Origin: a virus
Taxonomy: Duplodnaviria > Caudoviricetes
DNA length: 36,839 nt
Strand: one strand, 5' to 3'
Virus record (IMG/VR): IMGVR_UViG_3300032247_001862
Span: 1 to 36,839 of that record
Position numbers and translations under genes: made by a program. Below the pieces are notes generated by a model that was given only the letters and a program-made list of their open reading frames with translations, made no database searches and was not told where the DNA came from. This document shows positions 27,701 through 34,178 of the stretch, in pieces. The number at the start of each line of letters is the position of its first letter. Position 1 is the stretch's first letter.

Positions 27701-28093
27701 TTCGTAATCAGGCTCGTGTGGATCTGGATGCCAACTAAAATCAAAACTGTTTTTGTCTATGTTGCTGGGTATGTACCAGTAGTCAGGGTCAGTGGTTGGT
27801 AGTCGTTTTACCTGTTGCTCCGATCTAAAGTTCCAGACTGGGTCTTGAGCATGTGCCTTGGGTACCAGATATACCCACCCGTTTTTTTGCCATTGGCTGG
27901 GCCAAACATGAACATGTGTGCTTTCCCAAGGTGCAGGTGTATAGTCAAAGTCAAAGCCCGAGTAATCATTGCCCCCATAAATATACCAGCAATACCCAGT
28001 TCTCGACAACTCAGCCGCATGCTCAAGACTATGAGCCGGCTTTTCAAATTCAAATAAATTTGGTTTTGGACCAAAATAGAAAACATCAAACAT
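21764..28093 (-). CDS. 2109-aa tandem-repeat protein with glycosyltransferase (GT-A)-like terminal domains
   Basis: 22 W/P/Y-rich repeats followed by related domains starting DIFFVD, DIFYVD and DIVYISNGEP...AA..S.T.WF. Confidence 0.8.
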   Translation of the reverse strand: MFDVFYFGPKPNLFEFEKPAHSLEHAAELSRTGYCWYIYGGNDYSGFDFDYTPAPWESTHVHVWPSQWQKNGWVYLVPKAHAQDPVWNFRSEQQVKRLPTTDPDYWYIPSNIDKNSFDFSWHPDPHEPDYEYHFGTQWQSAGGPVWEGLAGVKLVDDQRARATPTRDRWNIPVLATGIDLSWHPNPLDPAYIYHFPSQHQSASGVTYTVPGAIDVRLVDDFVVKMLANQSNWSVPDSIAKSSVDYTWHPNPLDPAYIYHFPSQHQSASGVTYSVPGATEIKPCDAFVVKALDTHHYWSVPTGTTGVDYSWHPNPLDPAYIYHFPSRYQSASGVTYSVPGATEIKLCDAFMVTMPVSKDNWSVPAGTTGVDYSWRPNPLDPAYIYHFASQWQASSGVTYTVAGATEIKLCDAFIVRLSPSKTNWSVPVYIDESTVDYTWQPDPLEPPYIYHFASQWQLASGVTYTVPGATEIKSTNAFIVKAIPNRKSWTVPAGITGVDYSWHPNPLDPDYEYHFPTQWSASSGVVYNKGGGDIKFSTAFQVKPPPSKVHWTVPDYVDASTVDYTWQPDPLAPPYIYHFASQHQTASGVTYAVPGATEIKLCDAFVVKAVANKANWNILRAVKHSSVDWSWHPDVLETAYRYHFPDQWQRAGSVVYETPGATEDKLIAPFQATVTEENTTGWSVPAGITGVDRTWHPDPFDPPYIYHFPSQWQASSGVTYTVPGATEIKLINPFTVKPAPDSTNWTVPNYIDANTVDMSWQPDPLAPPYIYHFASQWQSASGVTYTVPGATEIKLCEAFRVTALANTTPWTNTEATAYFDYSWHPDVLDPAYIYEFATQWHDEGGPVYCVPGATEHKYIIDIKAQLKSTTQNWHVLYPIDHKSFNWTWAPHPKDPPYIYVWGNDRWPAEKMPTVEYCVPGATEIKYMDGYARLAPNRTNWQLHEQVDADSIDYTWYPDPQDPPYIYEFATQHQPNGGARYVVPGATEVKYVDIATRRLPDSVNWEMSFPVEGVDYSWHPDNTELPYIYEFATQWQPNGGARYVVPGATEIKYVDLQHRRLPNTQVFAGLDLVAKFDSSWHPDNTAEPYVYVFGNQHWPAVIMPTVTYTVSGATQQKFVDAPVAQLGNCMDHWELCEAIDHEQWDWSWVPNPLDPPYIYVFGNQWNPPEYKASVRYCVPGATEIKYMPSRTVRLPQPGLFETKITVAEFDYSWEPNPFDPPMNYVFGNQWNSGKIEPTVIYPVKGATETKYIENLIAQVAQDTTNWEILDDVREFDYSWRPDPTAPAYIYVFGNQWMAPEQRPAVRYTVSGATDIKYMDHPVAVRHGRPEQFVKHYNNVEFDYSWEPDPGSPPYTYVFGNQWWPAEIMPTVEYRVPGATETKYMDQPVARLERTEQNWVIPRPLSFDFDTSWCPDPGDPPYIYVFGNQHYPAELMSTIEYHVPGATERKFVEEPRAKLLSMMDRWNVPEEVDADNIDFTWHPHPKDEPYIHHFGTEHQMSIGLTYTVPGATELKFEGDIPQRVKEKKVVDVLDIFFVDRSNAASQSRFERLQAKYPKIQKVRYANSMMATIRRCATKARTSKFWVISSEYNYDQFDFTWHAQPWQSYMTHVFPSQHQKWSDTFLINRWEFERHSEWAESLEQFPNLNFVKDQTVTRPENVADIFYVDHGNPESRSQYERLLADNSNMVSTRFVDNYLDTFRRIMAQATTEYVWIINSVCDYAKFDFTWQPEPWQREMIHCFPSGGQERGDTFYIHVESFQTQMIELELLDWFNVINYCTDQTVNRFKTPVHVYNTDDLVAEVQSYQFETPYVTFTNQADLNLATNPCLWTRKDRTVLRVSTSGATALVPRDIKADLKTQIYDYPYIETAKHRFNDYYVGKDDPGMDIVYISNGEPDEQRWYEHLCYQTNTTDIEWVRGVNGRTAAYQEAARRSRTPWFFAVFAKLEVTGSDFPWHTWAPDYFQEPKHYIFNARNPVNGLEYGHQGVIAYNRRLVLENNNPGIDFTLSQAHESVPILSGTAHFNQSAWMTWRTAFREVVKLKLFVETQPTLETEYRLKTWLTQAEGAFAEDCLAGARDAVAFYDSVAGNPVELQKSFEWAWLQERYSSKKSL
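23520..27785 (-). repeat. 22 tandem coding repeats of ~62-67 aa
   Basis: Consensus WxVP...(V/F)DYSWHPDPxDPxYIYxFxxQW...VxYxVPGATEIK, counted by eye; boundaries approximate. Confidence 0.9.
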
Positions 28094-29267
28094 GTACGAT
28101 ATCCATACCCATTACGAAAATATATATCACTATCTACACACTATTATACAGGATCCACGCATACTTTACCTAATGCCTTATGGATCAACTCAACCAGAAA
28201 ATCTAGAACGTCGTAGTTCTGAAATGGGGCACTGGCCCGGTCAGCGTGGGCCCATGTTTATCTTTTACGATCAGGAGCCCATCTACGGAGAATTCAATCA
28301 CAGATTGTTGGATCATATTCAGAATAGCTATATGGGACCGTTTGTGTTGATTACTACAGAAAAAAATAGTGATGCACTAGACAGTATTTACGCAAAATAC
28401 AAGTGGCCCATAGTATATTATTTCCATCACATTTTTGCCGCACACGATTGGTTCCGGGGCCACTACTATGATCCACTGATCATACATCCAACCAAACGCA
28501 CACTGAAGAAAAAGTACATCAGCTTTAACCGTATCACTGGTAGCCGTCGTGTGTATCGCAGTTTGCTGATCAATGAACTGGTTGTGCGCGACATACTGGA
28601 TCAAGGCTATGTCAGCTACAATGATACCTGTAGCGAAGGCGGTACGTACCAAGAACACCTGATCAAAGGTGCCGAGGATGGGCTATACTCCGTAGAACTG
28701 GCTCAGGAGGCCATTGCCAATATTGGGTCTATACAATTGCCACTGCGTATTGATTATCAAGACCAAGCGGTAATACCTAATCACAGCATGCAACTGAGTG
28801 CAACCGAGTATTCACAAGAAAGTTTTATCTATGTTGTGACCGAAACTTGTTTCTGGGAACGCAAAGATCATTTGACTGAAAAAATCTTCAAGCCCATTGT
28901 GAGCATGATGCCATTTGTGCTGGTGGGTCCTGCAAACAATTTAAAATACTTGCGTAGCTACGGATTTCGAACGTTTGATCAGTGGATCGATGAAAGCTAC
29001 GATGCCATAGAAGATCCGATAGAAAGACTACAAGCTGTTGGAGCAGTATTGCATGATTTAAGCAACCGCAGTCTAGACGACCTGACTGCCATGCTGTACG
29101 AAATGACTCCGGTATTAGAGCACAATCGCAATTTGTTTTACAGCCGAGAGTTTGTAGACTCGGCCTGGAAAGAACTGGCCAATAACCTTAGTGCAGTTAT
29201 TTCAACTTTCCCCAAGATAGATTATTCCAAAGTCGTTCGTGTGCCCAGAACAAAACAATCTTGGTAA
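28092..29267 (+). CDS. putative glycosyltransferase (GT10-like C-terminus)
   Basis: VVTET...HLTEKIFKPI...PFVLVG...LRSYGF motif resembles the fucosyltransferase E...TEK signature. Confidence 0.55.
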   Translation: MYDIHTHYENIYHYLHTIIQDPRILYLMPYGSTQPENLERRSSEMGHWPGQRGPMFIFYDQEPIYGEFNHRLLDHIQNSYMGPFVLITTEKNSDALDSIYAKYKWPIVYYFHHIFAAHDWFRGHYYDPLIIHPTKRTLKKKYISFNRITGSRRVYRSLLINELVVRDILDQGYVSYNDTCSEGGTYQEHLIKGAEDGLYSVELAQEAIANIGSIQLPLRIDYQDQAVIPNHSMQLSATEYSQESFIYVVTETCFWERKDHLTEKIFKPIVSMMPFVLVGPANNLKYLRSYGFRTFDQWIDESYDAIEDPIERLQAVGAVLHDLSNRSLDDLTAMLYEMTPVLEHNRNLFYSREFVDSAWKELANNLSAVISTFPKIDYSKVVRVPRTKQSW

Positions 29268-29403
29268 AGACTTCTGTCAGAGCAATGCCACTGGCCAACG
29301 TTAATTCGCCAGTAATAGCCCAAGATATGATAAATGTATCAATGGTTCCTGTTATTCGCCAACTAACAGCTTTGGCCAGACTACGAATGTGTGTATCATT
29401 CAT
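29197..29403 (-). CDS. DUF2061-like small membrane protein
   Basis: RSLAKAVSWR..GTIDT...E..TK..L...HERLW. Confidence 0.8.
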   Translation of the reverse strand: MNDTHIRSLAKAVSWRITGTIDTFIISWAITGELTLASGIALTEVFTKIVLFWAHERLWNNLSWGKLK

Positions 29404-30307
29404 TTATTTTAAAGTCCATAAAATTTATAAATTTGTTTACAAAAAAATCAGCAGTTTTAATATCATAATGGTAAAGATCTCGAGCGCGGTCAAGCATTGG
29501 AAATTCAGGAATAAAATTGAATGGTAGACTTTCAAATTGCTTTAGCAAAGTTTTATCATCTATCATATCTCCAAACCCAGTTATCACACTGTGTATTATA
29601 TTTGTATTTTTTTTAATTGACTCTATTTTTTGAATGAGGTCAATGGTATGGTCAATATTTGTTTGGTCAGATAGTTCTATATCAGCCTTGTGCGGATTTA
29701 TTCGACGATGCTCGTCATGTATTGTTACCTCAGGCATAGGATATCGAGATGAAATTTCTTTAAGTATCCAGTCTGGCAGTTTATCTCTTTCAGCAAATGT
29801 ACAATCGGGCCAGTTGGATCCTCTTATATTTTTATAGTGTGTTTGCCACTGTTTTTCAATCATTGAGTCAATTGATTTTTCTCTACGATGTGGAAATGTC
29901 CATTGTACCACCATGGTCTGTGGTTGTATTTCTTGTAATACCAATTGCATTTTTCGATACATCCACTCATTGCTGGCCCCTGACATCGACACATTGATTG
30001 TTCTAGTTTTTGTTTTGTATTCGAGTCGTTGAGGCCATATGTGGGGATAGGGTGCGCCTATTCCCACGGTGAAACTGTCGCCAAAGCACCAAATTGCTTG
30101 AGACAGTTGCTCAAACGGGGGCCATTCGGCGTCTCGATATCCTCTACTGTTAAATTTATACGACACAGGAAATAAATAATTTTTGTTAAATTTTTTTTTT
30201 TCTGGTGCGTCCGGCAGACAGTATGACATCTCTGCCAGCCTCATTGAGTGAACTACAAAGTCTGGTAGTATAGTTTCTGGTTCATTAATTATGAGTGTAT
30301 GTGCCAT
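29396..30307 (-). CDS. SGNH-hydrolase-like protein
   Basis: YKFNSRGYRD, FGDSFTVG, SGASN, QWTFPHRRE, RDLYH. Confidence 0.7.
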   Translation of the reverse strand: MAHTLIINEPETILPDFVVHSMRLAEMSYCLPDAPEKKKFNKNYLFPVSYKFNSRGYRDAEWPPFEQLSQAIWCFGDSFTVGIGAPYPHIWPQRLEYKTKTRTINVSMSGASNEWMYRKMQLVLQEIQPQTMVVQWTFPHRREKSIDSMIEKQWQTHYKNIRGSNWPDCTFAERDKLPDWILKEISSRYPMPEVTIHDEHRRINPHKADIELSDQTNIDHTIDLIQKIESIKKNTNIIHSVITGFGDMIDDKTLLKQFESLPFNFIPEFPMLDRARDLYHYDIKTADFFVNKFINFMDFKINE

Positions 30308-30374
30308 GTCTCAATTTGAGTTTTTATTATATTCCCGCATTATTCGTTCAAATGCGGTGTGATCATCCTCGTAA

Positions 30375-31163
30375 TTAAAGACCCATTTCTCGGCGAATCT
30401 TCGTAGCCGAGATAGAATGCGTTGCATCATCAAATGTCTCCTGTTCGATTTTGTATCCAACGTCGCGCCCGTAAGTGATGTTGACAATGTTAGGCACCAC
30501 TTGTATTTCGTACTGCCCCTGATATAACATGTCTAGGTCGCGTTGAATAAAACTCTTTACCTGTTCTATTGCAAACGGATTAGATCCGTTCCAGCCTTGA
30601 CAATCGCGTATTTGTATTACCACTTGCCCAGTCTTGGCAATGGCACGTTCAAACAGCGCACGATGGCCGGCATGCCACGGTTGCCAGCGACCCAACATTT
30701 GTACTGTGGGCTTTTGCCAATCAAACACCGGACGCAATCGATTGTCTAATATGTGAGCGGCAACAAACTCGCCCCACTTTTCAGCATTTTGTTCGGTGAT
30801 ACGAAAGTCGTACTCTTTGGGCGGAACAAATGCCTTGTTAGTATCCTCGTAACGACCTTTGTCAATGGTATCTACCCACACAGTCCAATCTGCTTTGAAG
30901 TTATTACGCATTTCAACCATGGGTGCAACAAAGTCACAGATTACATAATCAACATCTGTCATGCTGTCTGCCAGTTCACGCATACGCAAACTTTGACGTA
31001 TACGACCTTCAGGACTAAAGTCCCAATCATTGTATCGTTTGCGTACATCGTCGGCATTGAGCCAGCCCACACGCTTTTTTTCTGCTTGTAGATGATCAAC
31101 TATGTGTTGTGCAAGATATGTCTTGCCAGCCCCAGGTAGGCCCATGACCAAAATTCTTTTCAT
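30375..31163 (-). CDS. cysC: adenylyl-sulfate kinase fused to an HxGH nucleotidyltransferase domain
   Basis: GLPGAGKT, LNADDVR, DFSPEGR, DFVAP; then GRWQPWHAGH, YGRDVG, ISATKIR. Confidence 0.8.
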   Translation of the reverse strand: MKRILVMGLPGAGKTYLAQHIVDHLQAEKKRVGWLNADDVRKRYNDWDFSPEGRIRQSLRMRELADSMTDVDYVICDFVAPMVEMRNNFKADWTVWVDTIDKGRYEDTNKAFVPPKEYDFRITEQNAEKWGEFVAAHILDNRLRPVFDWQKPTVQMLGRWQPWHAGHRALFERAIAKTGQVVIQIRDCQGWNGSNPFAIEQVKSFIQRDLDMLYQGQYEIQVVPNIVNITYGRDVGYKIEQETFDDATHSISATKIRREMGL

Positions 31164-31175
31164 TTGATTCTCCGT

Positions 31176-32656
31176 TTAAGATACGACTTGAATGCCGTAT
31201 GTTGCTTCAAAACGATCGGCGTCAGATCGATCGTTTACCATTGGTTCTCCCCTGATGTTTAGTGATGTATTCAATAACATCGGACAACCAGTTACATTGT
31301 TCCATGCTTCCAGAAGCTTTCGAATTCCCGACCCATCCTTTGGGACAGTTTGTATACGACTGGTACCGTCATAGTGAACGATAGCAGGAAATAGGTCAGG
31401 ACGCCGGCAATGACCGACGATTTGCATATACCTACTGTCACTCCACCCGCTAGGGATATCAAAGTAATCACCAGCATGCTCCTCCAGAATAACAGGTGCA
31501 AAGGGACGGAATTTTTGTCTGCGTTTGATTTCATTTACACGATCCTTGATGTGTGCGCCACGGGGTCTGCCAGTAAACTGCGGTTACCCAATGCGCGGGG
31601 TCCGAACTCGGCTCTGCCACTGGCAACACCAACAATGCCGTTAGACAAAAGACTATCCAGTACACGACTAACAGGATAAACTCCAGGAATACGATGGCCA
31701 AGGTAAGCATTAGTCCAATTAATACGGCCACCCATGGCAAGAGCAGAGGCACCAAGACTACTCCCAGCATCACCAGGATTAGGCATAATCCAAATTTTTT
31801 CAAAGTATTCACCGAGATTCCTATTAGCTAAACAATTGAGTGCAACTCCGCCCATGTACACTAGATTTGTGCTCCACCCAAATTGTCGAGCACGATCCAT
31901 CACATGGTATACCAACTTTTCCAATACCGACTGCGCCGATGCCGCAATGTCCTCTTTGCTTGCACTGGATAAAAATTCTTGATCTACACCAAGATGTAAA
32001 TTTTGTTTAAAACGTGTATCAAAATAACTGTCAATTAATTCGTTGCTGATATCATCCAGGTACTTGACAGGATTTCCATATGCGGCCATTCCCATCATTA
32101 TATACTCTTCTTCGTTGGGTCGCAAGCCTATGCGTTCAGTTAGGGCAGAATAATATAACCCAATCGAGTGCGGGTATTGACAGTTCCATAATTTCGTGTA
32201 TTTAGCCTGGCCGTTGCAATATTCAGCTCCCCATATGGTAATTGTGTCCCATTCACCAATGGCATCAATCACAACCACTGTGGCTCTATCGTATGGACTG
32301 GTTTGGAATCCGGCGGCAGCGTGACTCAAATGGTGATTGTAAGACTGTCTGGGGACACCGTCAAAGTACCCATTCAATTGCCGGTTGAGAATTTGATTTA
32401 GTGTGAGCTGATCCCAATCCAGCCCCTGTCCAGAATAAAGTTGTCTGAGCTGTCGATTCCACGGACGTTCGTAATATGCAATCTGATCTGGATAACCATA
32501 GTGTACTGCATCTTTGAGCAATGCTTCACAGATGTCAGAGTCATTTTTCTTTTTGCTGTAACGCTCGCTGTGTCCAGCAAACAGTATCTGTCCTTCTGAG
32601 TTGATCAGGGAAACAGATGCGTCATGAAAGCCAGCCGAGATGCCTAATATGTTCAT
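31176..32656 (-). pseudogene. NodU/CmcH-family O-carbamoyltransferase with a 1-nt frameshift
   Basis: HDAS, HHLSHA, DAIGE, GGVALN, GDAG, EFGPRALGNRS; continues in another frame as RGAHIKDRVNEIKRRQKFRPFAP...NTSLN. Adding one C at 31562-31565 gives 493 aa. Confidence 0.88.
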
Positions 32657-33281
32657 AGAGTTTTTTAGTTACTTTTTTGTGGCCATCTTCCAAGAAATGG
32701 CCGTTTGGTCCGCGCTTGCAACCCACTGTCCACTCGGCCATGCCTTCACTGGGCCAGCCCAAGAAATAGTCGGCATCAATTTGACTGGTCAATTCTGTCA
32801 TTCCGGCATGATAGGTATGATGATAGTATTCGTTCATCACTGTCTGAATCATGAGATACTTGATACCTTTTTGTTTAAGATAACTTTGTATCATGATGAT
32901 GTTTAACAAGTACTGCTGATAAATGTACTTGGGGTCGTGATATTGATTGATATAGTCCAATAGATCAAGTCGCCAGGCTTGCCCGTCTTTGCGAAATAAT
33001 GCCCCGCCATATCCGGGCCACAAATCAAATATTCCGTCTGCGTCTGCAAATTCCATACGCCCAGGACTTGACCAGCCAATGATGACCAAATCAGTTGGAT
33101 ATTTTGATGTGTACTCGATCACGTTGCGTATCATTCGAGTATTGCCCGAACCCGGTTTGGCCAAATTCACAATATCAGCCTTGATACCCTTGCTCAAATA
33201 GTAGGGCCATGCTTGTTCAATATTTTCTAATTCTTCGCCGTAGGTAAAACTGTCACCTACTGTTAGCACGTTTTTGATCAT
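32622..33281 (-). CDS. SGNH-hydrolase-like protein
   Basis: GDSFTYG, PGSGN, IGWSSPGRME, GHFLEDGH. Confidence 0.75.
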   Translation of the reverse strand: MIKNVLTVGDSFTYGEELENIEQAWPYYLSKGIKADIVNLAKPGSGNTRMIRNVIEYTSKYPTDLVIIGWSSPGRMEFADADGIFDLWPGYGGALFRKDGQAWRLDLLDYINQYHDPKYIYQQYLLNIIMIQSYLKQKGIKYLMIQTVMNEYYHHTYHAGMTELTSQIDADYFLGWPSEGMAEWTVGCKRGPNGHFLEDGHKKVTKKLYEHIRHLGWLS

Positions 33282-33379
33282 TTGTAGATAAATGGGTCGC
33301 GTTTTTTGAGTTCTCGCATTTTCTTGCGATAACGAATTTCCAACATGATTTTGTTATAAAGGTTTCTTAACCATTGCAT
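33278..33379 (-). CDS. 33-aa basic peptide (not in ORF track)
   Basis: MQWLRNLYNKIMLEIRYRKKMRELKKRDPFIYK; AGGAG upstream; ATGA-coupled to the next gene; fills the gap. Confidence 0.7.
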   Translation of the reverse strand: MQWLRNLYNKIMLEIRYRKKMRELKKRDPFIYK

Positions 33380-34178
33380 CGAATTTCTCCTGGATTAATT
33401 TTGCCGCATCAGCATGTGCGTCTTCAAGCGGGTGTGTGGTGCCCACTGGGTATTTATTTTCTATTGCCCACTGATAGAATCCTCTTGGAAACGGGATTTG
33501 GTCCGGTTTGGCAGGGTCTCCGGCAGGAAACAAAAACCAATTATCAAAATTTATTTGATCGTACAGTACTGCAATTGAGCTGTCTGGGTTTTCATTTATT
33601 ATTGGATTACTGATTAAATTTACATCAGCACAGGTGAACAAATAAGGTATTTTGTATTGTTCTAAGAAATTTTGCAACAATACAATTTCTTTGAGACTGG
33701 TATACGTTTCCCAATAACTGCCGCTGCCTACATTTTTGTAAAAAGATTTGGCAAACTCGTGTATGCCTGTTGCTTTGTTTGTTTCAATACTTTTCATTTG
33801 TTTCATGAGCACTTCGTCATTGTCTGACAGAAAATGCTTTTTTACATCGTCAGTAGTTTCGTATGTTGCCCAAGGGGAAATTGTCAACCACGGACTAAAT
33901 GCTTGCCGTGTATCGTATGTGAATCTAAATTCATACCTTGATTGAAAAGACCACTGTACTACCACCGCCTTGTCATATTCTTTCAGTTGGTGGCATCGAC
34001 TCATGACACGACGAGCTATGCTGTCATTGCCCGATGCAGGCCATGCAACTATGTCATATTCAAGATTGGCCTGTTGGGCCAACAATGCCGGCCAGGTGCT
34101 CATACTATGGTCAGGCCACTTGCAGTCTGCAAGTTCAGACCCCCAGGCCAGGCTGCATCCACCCACTACTAATCTCAT
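33354..34178 (-). CDS. SGNH-hydrolase-like protein
   Basis: GGCSLAWG, PASGN, QWSFQSRYE, THPLEDAH. Confidence 0.72.
   Translation of the reverse strand: MRLVVGGCSLAWGSELADCKWPDHSMSTWPALLAQQANLEYDIVAWPASGNDSIARRVMSRCHQLKEYDKAVVVQWSFQSRYEFRFTYDTRQAFSPWLTISPWATYETTDDVKKHFLSDNDEVLMKQMKSIETNKATGIHEFAKSFYKNVGSGSYWETYTSLKEIVLLQNFLEQYKIPYLFTCADVNLISNPIINENPDSSIAVLYDQINFDNWFLFPAGDPAKPDQIPFPRGFYQWAIENKYPVGTTHPLEDAHADAAKLIQEKFDAMVKKPL

Noticed and set aside
23520-27785. CRISPR array or DGR template/variable repeats
   Set aside because: The repeats are in-frame, degenerate protein repeats with no constant repeat-spacer pattern, and no cas or reverse transcriptase gene is in the window.
30335-30357. CCGCATT/AATGCGG hairpin as a terminator
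   Set aside because: 7-bp stem with a 9-nt loop and no T tract in the direction of transcription; function cannot be supported.
31176-31427. Independent 83-aa gene
   Set aside because: It is the C-terminal part of the frameshifted carbamoyltransferase.
30375-34178. Saxitoxin or Nod-factor biosynthetic cluster
   Set aside because: Only generic tailoring enzyme types are shared; no core genes (sxtA/sxtG, nodABC) are present.
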